Below are positions 52,279 to 62,496 of a DNA stretch of 64,000 nucleotides, in pieces (position 1 is the stretch's first letter; every line of letters starts with the position of its first letter). The translations under genes were made by a program, and so were the position numbers. This DNA comes from an uncultured bacterium (lineage in GTDB: Bacteria > Actinomycetota > Acidimicrobiia > Acidimicrobiales > VFJN01), in the NCBI GenBank assembly GCA_963756425.1, contig CAVWNW010000003.1:117642-181641 (forward strand), written 5' to 3'. The notes beneath the pieces were generated by a model, which had not been told where the DNA came from, searched no databases, and saw only the letters and a list, made by a program, of their open reading frames with translations.

Positions 52279-52394
52279 CGGGCCACCTCCGTTCGTCGCG
52301 GTCGTTCGTCGCCGTCGTTCCTGGCGCAATTCTGGTTGCTCAACAACCACTTTGGCGCCAGGAACCTCAGAGCGCCTCCCTAGGCTCGTCGCCC

Positions 52395-53423
52395 ATGGAG
52401 CACATCCCCTCGGCCGACCGCTACCAGACCATGCCCTATCGCCGCTGCGGGCGCAGCGGGCTGATGCTGCCCCCGATCTCGCTCGGCTTGTGGCACAACT
52501 TCGGGCACGACCGCCCGTTCGAGCCCCAGCTGGAGATTTGCCGCCGGGCCTTCGACCTGGGCGTCACCCACTTCGACCTGGCCAACAACTACGGGCCGCC
52601 GTACGGCTCGGCGGAGGAGAACTTCGGCCGGATCCTGGCCACCGACTTCGCCGGCCACCGCGACGAGCTCGTGATCTCCACCAAGGCGGGCTACGACATG
52701 TGGCCGGGGCCGTACGGCGAGGGCGGCTCCCGCAAGTACCTGCTGGCGTCGCTCGACCAGTCTCTCGGGCGGATGGGCCTCGACTACGTCGACATCTTCT
52801 ACTCCCACCGCTTCGATCCCGACACGCCGCTGGAGGAGACGATGTCGGCGCTGGCGACGGCGATCACCCAGGGCAAGGCGCTGTACGCCGGCATCTCGTC
52901 GTACTCCTCGGCGCGCACGGTCGAGGCTGCACAGCTGCTGGCCGACCACGGCGTGCCGCTGCTGATCCACCAGCCGTCGTACTCGATGTTCAACCGCTGG
53001 ATCGAGGACGACGGCCTGCTGGACACGCTCGAGGCCGTGGGCGCCGGATGCATCGCATTCTCGCCGCTCGCCCAGGGCCTGCTCACGGATCGCTACCTGA
53101 ACGGCATCCCTGCCGACTCCCGGGTCGCGACCGGTGGCGCGATGAGCCGCGACATGCTCACCGAGGACAACCTCGCCCACGTGCGGGCGCTGGCCGAGCT
53201 GGCCGGGGAGCGCGGACAGAGCCTCGCCCAGACGGCGCTGGCCTGGGCGCTGCGTGACCCGCGGATGACGTCGCTGGTCATCGGCGCGAGCAGCGTCGCC
53301 CAGCTGGAGGCCGATCTGGCGGCGCTGGACAACCTCGCCTTCACCGATGCGGAGCTCGACGCCATCGACAAGTACGCCACCGACGCCGACATCAACCTCT
53401 GGGAGGCGTCCAGCCGGGAGTGA
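52395..53423 (+). CDS. Aldo/keto reductase, YghZ/Kv-beta-like
   Basis: GLWHNFG, FDLANNYGPPYGSAEE, STKAGYDMWPGPYG and YSHRFDP motifs. Confidence 0.85.
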   Translation: MEHIPSADRYQTMPYRRCGRSGLMLPPISLGLWHNFGHDRPFEPQLEICRRAFDLGVTHFDLANNYGPPYGSAEENFGRILATDFAGHRDELVISTKAGYDMWPGPYGEGGSRKYLLASLDQSLGRMGLDYVDIFYSHRFDPDTPLEETMSALATAITQGKALYAGISSYSSARTVEAAQLLADHGVPLLIHQPSYSMFNRWIEDDGLLDTLEAVGAGCIAFSPLAQGLLTDRYLNGIPADSRVATGGAMSRDMLTEDNLAHVRALAELAGERGQSLAQTALAWALRDPRMTSLVIGASSVAQLEADLAALDNLAFTDAELDAIDKYATDADINLWEASSRE

Positions 53424-53435
53424 CGCGGCGAGCGC

Positions 53436-53915
53436 CTAGTGACGCAGGCGTTCCAGCACGATCTCGTCGCGGATGGGTATGCCGAAGTAGCCCACCTCGG
53501 CTATGGAGGGCTTCAGGGTCTTGCGGGCTTCGTCCACCGCCCCCGGCCGGACCTGGGCGATGCGGAACCCACGGCGCTGGTAGAAGCGCAGGGCGTCGAG
53601 GTTGTCGTTGGTCGTCACCAGCCACAGGCGTCGTGCCTCCGAGCGGGCCTCCACCGCATCCATCAGCCTGGTCCCGACGCCCTCGTGCTTGTCCGTGACC
53701 TCGATGTACACAACCTCGACGTCGTCGCCGACGGGTTCGTAGGCGACGATGCCGACCAGCTCGCCGTCCCGTTCGGCCACGAGCCCCGGGCAGGCGAGCG
53801 GGTCGACGAGCGAGCCGAGCCGGACCTGGAGTCGCCCCCCGAAGTTCTCGCCGAGGAGACGCTCGGCCCACCGCCGATCGGCGTCGGTGAATGCCCGGAT
53901 GGTTACCTGTCCCAT
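53436..53915 (-). CDS. GNAT-family N-acetyltransferase
   Basis: 159-aa ORF. GNAT core GIVAYE...YIEVTDKHEGVGTRLM...FYQRRGF. Confidence 0.75.
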   Translation of the reverse strand: MGQVTIRAFTDADRRWAERLLGENFGGRLQVRLGSLVDPLACPGLVAERDGELVGIVAYEPVGDDVEVVYIEVTDKHEGVGTRLMDAVEARSEARRLWLVTTNDNLDALRFYQRRGFRIAQVRPGAVDEARKTLKPSIAEVGYFGIPIRDEIVLERLRH

Positions 53916-53954
53916 CGCCTCAGCGTTGCCACGACGCGGCAGGAGGAGCAAAGC

Positions 53955-54314
53955 ATGCGTGTGCAAGGAATCGCGTGGGCCGGTACCCGCACCGACCGGT
54001 GGACCGAGACGATCGAGATGTTCGAACGGCAGCTGGGGCTGCGCCGCAGCCACGAGCTCCCGGGCATCGCCGTGTTCACGTGCGACAACGGCGACACCGT
54101 CGAGGTCTTCACGACCGACGAGCCCGACCACCTCCACTTCAGCACCGGGCCCGTCGTCGGCTTCGCGGTGGACGACATCGAGTCGGCCCGTGCCGAGTTG
54201 GTAGCCGCGGGCATCGACGTCCTGGGGCCGGTCCAGCGCGGGGGCGGGTACGCGTGGGTGCACTTCCGGGGCACCGACGGCAACGTCTGGGAGCTCACGG
54301 CCCGTGACGCGTAG
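53955..54314 (+). CDS. VOC/glyoxalase-bleomycin-resistance-fold protein
   Basis: 119-aa ORF with an AGGAGG RBS. The pattern H..F.VDDI..A...L...G......G...A.F.DPDGN.WEL is present. Confidence 0.7.
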   Translation: MRVQGIAWAGTRTDRWTETIEMFERQLGLRRSHELPGIAVFTCDNGDTVEVFTTDEPDHLHFSTGPVVGFAVDDIESARAELVAAGIDVLGPVQRGGGYAWVHFRGTDGNVWELTARDA

Positions 54315-54338
54315 GACCCTCGTGCCGCCCACGCCGGC

Positions 54339-55388
54339 TCACGCGCCCCCGAGATAGGAGTCGTCGAGCAGCGTCGCCAGTGTCTCCATGGGCGCGCGGG
54401 TCCAGTTCTCGTCGACCTCCTGGCCTTCGTCCCACGCGGCCCGCACGGCCCGGTCCCACGTGAGGACGCGCGCGATCTTGGCGACGCGGCACGCGACGTC
54501 GAGCGTCGCCAGCAGGTCCTCGCGCGGGGCGACGGCGCTGAAGACGTCGAGGTAGGCGTCCCGGGCGTCGGCGAACCGGGGATCGTCAAGGTCCGCGCCC
54601 AGGATGCGTTGGACGAAACCCAGGGGAACGAGCATGGCGGCGAAGGGGTGGGCCACGACGCTGTCGCCCCAGTCGTAGAACCTCACGTCGCCGGCACCGT
54701 CGCCGAGGATGTTCCACGGATGGAGGTCGTTGTGGTCGAGGCTGGCTGGCAGGGAGGACGCCGCCAGCCGCTCGCACCACGAGGCGATCGTCTCGCCCAT
54801 GGCCGCCACCCGCAGGTGGGTCGCACGATCGGCCGCCCGGCCGTCGAGGTCGTCGCGGGTGGCGTCGAGCGCCTGCTCGAATCGCTCGCCCATCATGTGC
54901 GGCCGCATGTCCGCCACCCCCAGGGACAGCAGGCCGTCCACGTGCGGGGCGAGGTCCAGCTGCATCCGGCCGTACTCCGCCAGGGCCGCCGCCAGCGACT
55001 CCACCAGGTCGATGCCGGTCAGGCGCTCACCGAGGGGCTGGCCACCGTCGGGCAGCACCATCCAGCCGCGCGCCGTGTCGGTGGCGATGGGGGTCAGGAC
55101 CCGATCGGGCACCGTCGCCGCCAGCAGGTCGTACAGGCCGGCCTCGAACGCCGTCCCCGGCCCCGCCGCCTTCATCCACACCAGCCCGGCGTTCGTCCGC
55201 ACCTTCAGGACCGTTGCCCACGGCTCCACGTGCGGCTGCTCCACGTCCCCGCGCCGCTCGATCCCCGCGCCGGCGAGCCGCTCGTCGAGCCACGACACGG
55301 CGTGGGCACGCCACTCCGGGCTCGACCACACCGCCGTGCCGTGGCCGGAAAGTGCGCTCACGGGGCTAAGGACGCAGCCGTGCGGCAC
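54339..55388 (-). CDS. Phosphotransferase-family (APH/choline-kinase fold) protein
   Basis: Catalytic loop LDHNDLHPWNIL and the DWGD metal-binding motif. Confidence 0.75.
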   Translation of the reverse strand: MPHGCVLSPVSALSGHGTAVWSSPEWRAHAVSWLDERLAGAGIERRGDVEQPHVEPWATVLKVRTNAGLVWMKAAGPGTAFEAGLYDLLAATVPDRVLTPIATDTARGWMVLPDGGQPLGERLTGIDLVESLAAALAEYGRMQLDLAPHVDGLLSLGVADMRPHMMGERFEQALDATRDDLDGRAADRATHLRVAAMGETIASWCERLAASSLPASLDHNDLHPWNILGDGAGDVRFYDWGDSVVAHPFAAMLVPLGFVQRILGADLDDPRFADARDAYLDVFSAVAPREDLLATLDVACRVAKIARVLTWDRAVRAAWDEGQEVDENWTRAPMETLATLLDDSYLGGA

Positions 55389-55416
55389 AACTCATCGGCG
55401 GCGTGCCGGGCACCGC

Positions 55417-56157
55417 TCACATCAACTGGAACCCGCCGTCGACAGTGAGGACCTCGCCGGTCATGTAGGTGGACCGGGCCAGGAACAGGGCGGAGTCCGC
55501 CACCTCGTCGGCGCTCGCAACCCGCCGCAGCGGGACACGGGCGGCCGGGCCCGAGAGGTCCCCCACCTGCGACCGGAACGCGGGCGTGTCGGTGAAGCCG
55601 GGCGACAAGGCGTTGACCCGGACGCCCCTGTCCGCCCACTCCAGGGCGAGCGTCCGCGTGAGGGCGACGACCCCGGCCCGCGCCGCCCCCGAATGCGCCA
55701 TGCCGGGAAAGGGCCTTTGCCACACGCTGGCGACGACGTTCACGATGGCACCACCGACGCGGGCCAGGAGGGGGTACAGCTGGCGGCACACGAAGAAGGT
55801 GCCGGTGAGGTTCGTGTCGACGACCGCCCGCCACGCGTTGGGTGTCAGCCGCTCCGCCGGCGCATGAAACTGGCCCCCGGCCGCGTTCACCAGCACGTCG
55901 ACCCGGCGCGACCAGCCGTCGATCGCCTCCCGCAGCTCGCCGAGCCGGTCCCAGTCGCGGATGTCGGCGGGGAACGCGTGCGCCACGCCGCCGGCCTCAC
56001 CGATCCGTCCGGCGACGTCGGCGAGCGGCTCCGGCCGCCGGCCTACGAGCACGACGATGTTCCCGGCCGCGGCCAGGCGCGCGGCACACGCGGCCCCGAT
56101 GCCCGATCCGCCGCCCGTGACGACGGCGGTCGGCGAGCCGTCCGGGACGTCCGTCAC
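55417..56157 (-). CDS. SDR of the PECR/DECR subgroup (trans-2-enoyl-CoA / dienoyl-CoA reductase-like)
   Basis: VVTGGGSGIG, then NAAGGQF...NLTGTFF...GMAHSGAARAGVVALTRTLALEW. The HSGAAR variant replacing YxxxK is as I recall it from peroxisomal trans-2-enoyl-CoA reductase. Confidence 0.75.
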   Translation of the reverse strand: MTDVPDGSPTAVVTGGGSGIGAACAARLAAAGNIVVLVGRRPEPLADVAGRIGEAGGVAHAFPADIRDWDRLGELREAIDGWSRRVDVLVNAAGGQFHAPAERLTPNAWRAVVDTNLTGTFFVCRQLYPLLARVGGAIVNVVASVWQRPFPGMAHSGAARAGVVALTRTLALEWADRGVRVNALSPGFTDTPAFRSQVGDLSGPAARVPLRRVASADEVADSALFLARSTYMTGEVLTVDGGFQLM

Positions 56158-57863
56158 GCGACCGGGGCCGCGATCAGCTCCGCGTGCTCCTCGCGCAGGA
56201 ACTGCGCCCATTCGTCGTCGTCCCTCGCGAGGTGCCGCGCCGCCAGCGACCGAAGGTCCTCGAGCCGGACCTTCTGGCTCCCCGTATAGGTCAGCTCCTC
56301 GTCCTCGAAGAACAGGACCCGCCGGGGAACCTTGTACGACGCCAGAACCCCGCGCAGGTGGCCGGTGATGTCGTCGGCCGACACCGGGTCGAGGCTGCGG
56401 ACGGCGCACAGCACGACCGCCTCCCCGAACCGCGGGTGCGGCACTCCCACGACGCTCCCCAGCTTCAGCCGGCCCCAGTTCGCCACTGCGGCCTCGACCT
56501 CGGCCGGGGACACGTTGGCGCCGGATGTCTTGATCAGTCCGGAGAGACGCCCGTGCCAGTGGAGGTAGCCCGCCTCGTCGAGGTGACCGGAGTCCTTGGT
56601 CCGGAACCAGCCGTCGTCGTCGAAGCAGTCCTCGGGGGCGACCTTGTAGTAGCCGCGCATCAGGGTCACGCCCCTCACGGCGATCTCCCCCGTCTCCCCC
56701 ACCCCCAGCGGCTCGCCACTGTCGGGGTCGACGATGCGGATCGCCATGCCCGGCAACGTCACGCCGTGCGTGGTCTCTCGCAGCTCGAGCGGCGAGTTCG
56801 AGGGAATGGAGGTGCAGATGGTGAACGTCTCGGTCAGGCCGTACGCGGCCCGCGGGTCTCCCGGATCGCCCTCGATCCGGGCCAGACGCCGCAGCGCGCT
56901 GTCCTGCGCCACCCGCCGCAGCGACGACAGGTCCCGCTTGTGGGCGTCCTCGTGCTCCACCAGGGCGGCGGCCGAGTGGGGGAACGTGTGGACCGTGGTG
57001 ATCCGCTCCCGCTCGAGCAGCTCGAGCGCCTCGCCGGCGTCGAACGCTTCCTGGCACACGAAGCACGCACCGGACGCCAGCGTCCCGCCCAGCACGAACG
57101 CCAGCCCGGCGGTCCAGAAGAACGGGAACGGGCTCCAGACCCGATCGGATGGATCGAGCCCGAGCTGCTCCCGCCAGCGCCAGCTCTGCACGACCGGGCC
57201 CCTCTGGCGGTGCAGCACCGCCTTGGGGTGGGCGGTGGTGCCGGACGTGTAGATGATCAGCGCGTCGTCGCTCGGCACGACGCTGGCGGCCGCGGCGTCG
57301 AGCACTGCGTCGTCCACCGACGCGCCCGCACCGACCACGTCCCCCCAGCCCTCGACGCTGCGGTGCTCGGTAACGGGGCCGACGCACACGATGCGACGCA
57401 GGTGGGGGAAGCGGGCGACCGCGATGCGCCCGGGCTCGGCGTCGCCGATGCCCGGATGGTCGGCGACCAGCTCGTCGACGAATCGCCGGTCGACGAGCGA
57501 CGCCTGGGTGACGAGCACCGAGGCGTCGCAGTGCCCGAGGATGTAGTCGCGCTCCTCGGCGGCGGCGAGGGTGCTCACGGGCACGGCGACCGCGCCCACG
57601 AGGGTGGCGCCATAGGCGGCCACCACGAACTCGGGGCGGTTGGCGAGCATCACGGCGACCTTCGAACCCTTCGTGACACCCAGGGCGAGCAGGCCCTTCC
57701 CGAAGGCCCGCACCTCCGCATGCAGCTGCTCGTAGGTGAGCCGTCGGTCGCCGAAGACCAGAGCCTCGTTGCCTGGATAGCGCTCGGCCACCTGGGCGAT
57801 GAACCGGCCGTGCGTGAGGTCGTCGGCGGCCACCGGCAGGCCGAGATACCCCCCGCCCATCAT
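56154..57863 (-). CDS. AMP-dependent acyl-CoA synthetase/ligase
   Basis: [21 protein letters not shown] and the [28 protein letters not shown] motifs. ATGA overlap with the CCR stop. Confidence 0.85.
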   Translation of the reverse strand: MMGGGYLGLPVAADDLTHGRFIAQVAERYPGNEALVFGDRRLTYEQLHAEVRAFGKGLLALGVTKGSKVAVMLANRPEFVVAAYGATLVGAVAVPVSTLAAAEERDYILGHCDASVLVTQASLVDRRFVDELVADHPGIGDAEPGRIAVARFPHLRRIVCVGPVTEHRSVEGWGDVVGAGASVDDAVLDAAAASVVPSDDALIIYTSGTTAHPKAVLHRQRGPVVQSWRWREQLGLDPSDRVWSPFPFFWTAGLAFVLGGTLASGACFVCQEAFDAGEALELLERERITTVHTFPHSAAALVEHEDAHKRDLSSLRRVAQDSALRRLARIEGDPGDPRAAYGLTETFTICTSIPSNSPLELRETTHGVTLPGMAIRIVDPDSGEPLGVGETGEIAVRGVTLMRGYYKVAPEDCFDDDGWFRTKDSGHLDEAGYLHWHGRLSGLIKTSGANVSPAEVEAAVANWGRLKLGSVVGVPHPRFGEAVVLCAVRSLDPVSADDITGHLRGVLASYKVPRRVLFFEDEELTYTGSQKVRLEDLRSLAARHLARDDDEWAQFLREEHAELIAAPVA

Positions 57864-59113
57864 TTCCTCCCCAGGCCCGGCTCGGGGGCGCCGACCAGCG
57901 CCACCCGGTTGCCGAACACGTCGACGCCCCGCTCCATCTCGTCGTGCGCGTCGGGTATCTCCTCGAAGCGGTACAGCTTGCCGAGGCAGGGGTCGACGAT
58001 CCCGCCCACCACCAGGTCGTTGTAGGCGCGGGCCTGCTCGTCGTTGGTCCCGTGCGATCCCTGCAGCCGCTTCTGCCGGACCCAGTGGTAGCGGAGGTCG
58101 ACGACTGCGCTGTAGCCGGTCGTCCCGGCGCAGACCACGACCATGCCACCGGCCTCGCAGACGAAGATGCTCGTCGGGATCGTCGCCTCCCCGGGATGCT
58201 CGAAGACGATGGTGGGGTTCCTGCGCTCGCCCAGCGCCTCCCAGACCTTGGCCCCGAACGCCCGGGCACCGCCGGTCCACTCCTTCTGGCCGTCGGCGTC
58301 CTCCCAGTGCGGTGCCATGCCCCAGTGCGAGAACTCCCGGCGGTTGACGTAGCCAACGGCGCCGAGCTTCTTGCAGTACTCGCCCCGCTCGTCGCCGGAC
58401 ACGACGGCCACCGGTCGCGCGCCTGCGGCCGCCGCCAACTGGATGGCCTGGGTGCCGAGGCCCCCTGACCCACCCCACACCAGCACCGGGTCGCCGTCCC
58501 GGAGGGTGTTCGGCGGCCAGCCGTGGAGCATCCGGTACGCGGTGGTGCCGACGAGCGTCGCCGCCGCGGCCTCCTCCCACGAGAGCTGGGGCGCCTTGGG
58601 CAGGCACTGGTGTGCCTGGGCGACCGTGAACTGTCCGAACGACCCGAAGTTGGTCTCGTAGCCCCAGATCCGCGCCGACGGCGCCAGCATGGGGTCTTTC
58701 CCGGCGGCGACCCAGGGGTCGTCGGCATCCCACCAGCCGTGGTGGATGACCACCTCGTCGCCGACGCCGATGTCACGTACCGCCTCGCCGACGGCGTAGA
58801 CGATGCCGGATGCGTCCGAGCCCCCGATGTGGAAGTCCCAGGGCTCGCCCGCCTTCTGGCGGACGCGGATGACGTCGATCGGCAGGCCCCGCGCCGCCCA
58901 CACGTTGTTGAAGTTGATGCCCGCAGCCATCACCGCCACCAGGACTTGGTCGGGGGCCAGCCGCGGGACGTCGACCGCCTCGACCCGGAACGCGGTCTGC
59001 GGGTCGCCGAAGCGGTCCTGGCGGATGACCTGGGCCCACATCCGCTTCGGCACCTCGCCGACGGGCGGCAGCTCACCGATCGACAGTGATTCGGTCCCTG
59101 GCATTGCGGTCAC
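57860..59113 (-). CDS. ccr: Crotonyl-CoA carboxylase/reductase (CCR) family enoyl-thioester reductase
   Basis: [32 protein letters not shown] and RLQGSHGTN blocks characteristic of CCRs. GTG 59113 overlaps the upstream stop (alternative start ATG 59104). Confidence 0.8.
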   Translation of the reverse strand: MTAMPGTESLSIGELPPVGEVPKRMWAQVIRQDRFGDPQTAFRVEAVDVPRLAPDQVLVAVMAAGINFNNVWAARGLPIDVIRVRQKAGEPWDFHIGGSDASGIVYAVGEAVRDIGVGDEVVIHHGWWDADDPWVAAGKDPMLAPSARIWGYETNFGSFGQFTVAQAHQCLPKAPQLSWEEAAAATLVGTTAYRMLHGWPPNTLRDGDPVLVWGGSGGLGTQAIQLAAAAGARPVAVVSGDERGEYCKKLGAVGYVNRREFSHWGMAPHWEDADGQKEWTGGARAFGAKVWEALGERRNPTIVFEHPGEATIPTSIFVCEAGGMVVVCAGTTGYSAVVDLRYHWVRQKRLQGSHGTNDEQARAYNDLVVGGIVDPCLGKLYRFEEIPDAHDEMERGVDVFGNRVALVGAPEPGLGRK

Positions 59114-60264
59114 TCGTTGGGCAGCGAGATCTCCGCGGTGCCCTTGGCCATGACGGCGTCGCGCTGGTTCGTCATCGTGTACTCGACGAAGGCGAGGTGC
59201 TGCCCGGTGCCCGGGTCGATGTCCTTGCCTGTGACGGTGCCGTTGAGGAACGTCGCGTCGCCGGTGAACGCGGGGTTGCGGTACTGGGCGTTCGAGTGGA
59301 CGATCTCACCCCACTCACCGGACCAGTTGGTGAGGTAGTCGAGGATCCAGGCGCCCATCGTGGCGCCGTAGCCATAGCCACGGGGCATGCCGATGAGCCG
59401 CGCGTAGCGGGGCTGGACGTGGCCGCGGGACGGGCCCTGGTACAGGCCGTCGGCCCTGGTCGGATCGATGGCAGCCTTGTGCGGGTCTCGACTCATCTCG
59501 GGCAACCAGCCGGCCGCGTCGGTGGTCGACACGCCCCAGTAGTCGGCGGCGCCCCAGATGTTCATGTTGAAGGCGCGCCACTCGGTGGTGAAGCTCATCA
59601 GCGTGTGCGGCCCGATGGGGCGCGTCGGCAGGCGATCGCCCTCGTTCACGTCCTTCCACAGCAGCTTGTCGTGGCCGCGGAACGTGCCGTAGTAGGCGAA
59701 CTTCTGCTCCTCGATGTCCGCCAGGGCGTCGTCGCTCCACTCGGGGTCGTCCTTCTCGCTGAACTGGGCGCGCCGGCGCGCCTCGTCGGCGAGGTAACGG
59801 ATCGATGTCGACCGCTGCTTGGCGATCATCTCGCCGCGCTGATTGATGTACGTCGTGTCGCCCCGGGAGAACATGGTGGGGCCGGCGAACTTCGTCTCGG
59901 TGACCCGGTAGTCGAACAGCATCCGCTCGCCCTTGATGTTGTCGCCCGGCTCGATGCGGGGGCCGAAGAACCACCATTCGTCGCCACCGAAGATCATGTG
60001 CGAACCCGGGATCGTCCCCTGGATGGCCGGCGTGGCACCGTGCCCGACGTCGGTGGCCACGGCGAACGACTGCGGCGCCACGATGCGCCCGAAGCGCCCC
60101 TCGGCGGCGAAGCGGTCGTCGTAGTAGAGGCGGTTGGGGTTCTGCATGCCCTGCACCCAGCGCCGGACGTCGTTGACGTGCACCGGGTCCTTGAGGTACC
60201 CGCCGCCGAGCGGGACGCCCACCCAGCGGTCGACGTCGGACGTGTCGAGCGTTACGTCACCCAT
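59110..60264 (-). CDS. Double-hotdog MaoC-like acyl dehydratase/hydratase (N-terminal FAS1-DH-like half plus MaoC half)
   Basis: 384-aa ORF. The N-half carries RIVAPQSF...GGDEWWFF and the C-half carries [12 protein letters not shown]...FTGD....G.V. AGGAGGGG RBS. Confidence 0.7.
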   Translation of the reverse strand: MGDVTLDTSDVDRWVGVPLGGGYLKDPVHVNDVRRWVQGMQNPNRLYYDDRFAAEGRFGRIVAPQSFAVATDVGHGATPAIQGTIPGSHMIFGGDEWWFFGPRIEPGDNIKGERMLFDYRVTETKFAGPTMFSRGDTTYINQRGEMIAKQRSTSIRYLADEARRRAQFSEKDDPEWSDDALADIEEQKFAYYGTFRGHDKLLWKDVNEGDRLPTRPIGPHTLMSFTTEWRAFNMNIWGAADYWGVSTTDAAGWLPEMSRDPHKAAIDPTRADGLYQGPSRGHVQPRYARLIGMPRGYGYGATMGAWILDYLTNWSGEWGEIVHSNAQYRNPAFTGDATFLNGTVTGKDIDPGTGQHLAFVEYTMTNQRDAVMAKGTAEISLPNE

Positions 60265-60345
60265 GCGAGGGCCCCTCCTGGCGGTTCTCGGTGCGGTGGC
60301 TCGGCGATCCCGGGGAGTTTCGCCTTAGGTGTATAAGAATAGAAG

Positions 60346-60360
60346 TCTACATCAGACAGG
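60346..60360. promoter_or_regulatory. AT-rich box TCTACATCAGACAGG (reverse complement CCTGTCTGATGTAGA) upstream of the CCR cassette
   Basis: Part of the AT-rich patch 60329-60360 in the divergent region. It shares TCTGATGTA with 49433-49441. Confidence 0.35.
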
Positions 60361-60501
60361 ATGACGGCCCCTCTCGGCCGGGCTCGGGACCGCGGACGCA
60401 TCGTTGTCGAGGACCACCCGTCGAGGGTGAGGACAGGGCGTCGATGATGTTGCTCCGTTGCCGTAGGAGGCACCGTAGGTGCCGTGCAACTGGAGGTGGC
60501 C

Positions 60502-60972
60502 ATGGTCCTTGCCGACGTCGACCTTGGGGACCTGATCTGGACGACGATCTGGATCTTCTTCCTGATCCTGTTCATCTGGGTCTTCATCATGATCATCAGC
60601 GACCTGTTCCGCGACCACAAGCTGTCGGGATGGGCGAAGGCGATCTGGGTGGTCGCCCTGATCATCTTCCCGTTGATCGGGTCGCTCGTGTACCTCATCG
60701 CCCGTGGTCAGGGCATGGCCGAGCGGTCGGCGGCCCAGGAGCGGCACGCCCGAGCCGAGTTCGACGACTACGTCCGGTCGACGGCCGCGTCCGGCACGAG
60801 TGCCGCGGACGAGCTGGCGCGACTGGCGGACCTGCGCGACAAGGGCACGATCACGGAGGCCGAGTTCCAGACGATGAAGGCCAGGGTCGTGGGCGGGTCC
60901 GGCACCGGCACGATGACCGGGACGACGACCGCATCGACGGCCGGGGCGTCAACCGACACACCGACCGGCTAG
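60502..60972 (+). CDS. Small membrane protein with PLD-nuclease-N-terminal (PLDc_N) domain plus C-terminal SHOCT domain
   Basis: Two TM helices with WAKAIWVVALIIFPLIGSLVYLIARG, then LARLADLRDKGTITEAEFQTMKARV. GGAGG lies 6 nt before ATG 60502. Confidence 0.7.
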   Translation: MVLADVDLGDLIWTTIWIFFLILFIWVFIMIISDLFRDHKLSGWAKAIWVVALIIFPLIGSLVYLIARGQGMAERSAAQERHARAEFDDYVRSTAASGTSAADELARLADLRDKGTITEAEFQTMKARVVGGSGTGTMTGTTTASTAGASTDTPTG

Positions 60973-61021
60973 AGAACGACCCGCGGCGGTAGCCAGAAGA
61001 CGCTGCCCGCGAGCGCCCACT

Positions 61022-61059
61022 AGTGCCCCGGTACCGGTGCCGGGGCACTGGCGCGTTTT
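61022..61059 (+). terminator. Candidate intrinsic terminator after the PLDc_N/SHOCT gene
   Basis: 10-bp stem AGTGCCCCGG / CCGGGGCACT (61022-61049) is followed by GGCGCGTTTTCG. It lies between convergent genes. Confidence 0.5.
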
Positions 61060-61062
61060 CGT

Positions 61063-62496
61063 TCAGCCGGCGAGCTGCAGGCCGGCGACAGACTCGACGA
61101 GCCGGGGCACCGCGTCAGCGACGGCGCCAGTGTCCTCGTCGTCGGCGGCCGCTCTGAGGTCCTCCAACTGACCTCCGATCGCGTCCACATCGGCCTGCTC
61201 GAAGCGGTCGGCGATCCGGTCCCAGACCCACTCGAGCGAGCTGACGTCGCCGGCTATCTGCCCGGCGTCGGCCTCGTCGCTGGCGCTGTCGAGGGCGAGC
61301 TGGTTGGCCCAGACGTTGAACCGGCCGAGGTCGACCTCGTCCGGCGACCGGTACTGCAGCTTCAGGTCGAGGGCGGCCATCTCGACGTCGAGCGTGGCGT
61401 TGCGGGCACCCTCCGGGTTGCGGTCGTCGACCGCCGGCATCAACGCGTTGCCCCGGAGTGCGTCGAGGGCCTGGCCCATCTGCACGGCGAGCAGCGGAGG
61501 CACGGTGCCGGTCGCCCGGTGGTCCTCCCACGCGGCGGTCACCGCGTCGAATGAGCGCGTCGCCGTCTCCCAGTCACCGCTGTCGGCGGCGGCGAAGACC
61601 TCGCGCGCGCCTCGCGAGACTGCCTCGAGCTCGGGGGGCACGCCGCCGGGCCGGGCGTCGGTGGGCACGGCGAGGGCGAGCGCCTCGAGATTGCCGCCGA
61701 CACCTGAGGCGAACTCCCCGTAGCCGGGCGCGAACGTCTTGTCCTCGTAGTTCCCTTCGAGCAGGTGATTCTCGGTGCCGACCATCGCACCCGCGACCGG
61801 GCCGCGCGGTCCGTCGACGGTGACATCGAGGGTCTTGACGGTCACCTCCTCGAACACCCGGTCGGGGATGTTCTCGGGCCGGTAGGCCTGCCCGATCTGG
61901 GGGTCGGCGGGCATGATCATGCCCGGCGGGCCGTCCTTGCCGGCGATCCATGTGCCGTCGGTGTCGGCGACGACCCCGTCCTCGTAGTTGAAGACGTCCT
62001 CGCCGAAGTACCAGACGTTGCCGGCGTCATCCTGCGCATACCAGTCGAGCGCCACCTCATGGATGCGCCCGTCGAGGTACGAGACGAACTGGGAGGCCAG
62101 CGTCTCGACCTTCTGGCCGTCCACGTCGACGACCTTGGGCGCGGGCAGCAGCACGGTCTCGATCCGGAGCGGGTTGCCCTCGTCGTTGCCCAGCAGGACG
62201 GCCGAATGGAGGTCACTGATCGGGAACAGCGCGTTGTCTACCGTCGTAGGTACCGAGAACGTCGGTTCAACGAGGTCGGCCCGCTGGCTGTCGGGCGCCG
62301 TTGGCTGCGTCGGGGTGTCGGACGCCGGCGCGGCGTCCGTCGAGCCCTGGTCGACCGAGTTGGAGCCGCCGGAGTCGCTGCACGCGGCCGCTGCCAGCGC
62401 CGCGGCCAGGCAACCGCCGAGCAGTGTCCGCGACGGCCCGAGCGTGCGGGGGGATGTGTGCGCATCTCGTCGATGGCGGAGGTGATGGAGGTACAT
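61063..62496 (-). CDS. Secreted lipoprotein of unknown function
   Basis: Signal peptide with lipobox LAAAAC, a Ser/Asp/Thr-rich linker, then a 400-aa acidic domain. No family recognised. Confidence 0.6.
   Translation of the reverse strand: MYLHHLRHRRDAHTSPRTLGPSRTLLGGCLAAALAAAACSDSGGSNSVDQGSTDAAPASDTPTQPTAPDSQRADLVEPTFSVPTTVDNALFPISDLHSAVLLGNDEGNPLRIETVLLPAPKVVDVDGQKVETLASQFVSYLDGRIHEVALDWYAQDDAGNVWYFGEDVFNYEDGVVADTDGTWIAGKDGPPGMIMPADPQIGQAYRPENIPDRVFEEVTVKTLDVTVDGPRGPVAGAMVGTENHLLEGNYEDKTFAPGYGEFASGVGGNLEALALAVPTDARPGGVPPELEAVSRGAREVFAAADSGDWETATRSFDAVTAAWEDHRATGTVPPLLAVQMGQALDALRGNALMPAVDDRNPEGARNATLDVEMAALDLKLQYRSPDEVDLGRFNVWANQLALDSASDEADAGQIAGDVSSLEWVWDRIADRFEQADVDAIGGQLEDLRAAADDEDTGAVADAVPRLVESVAGLQLAG

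Noticed and set aside
53436-55388. GNAT/VOC/APH genes as an antibiotic-resistance island
   Set aside because: The families are too broad to infer resistance. There are no mobile-element context, integron features or compositional break.
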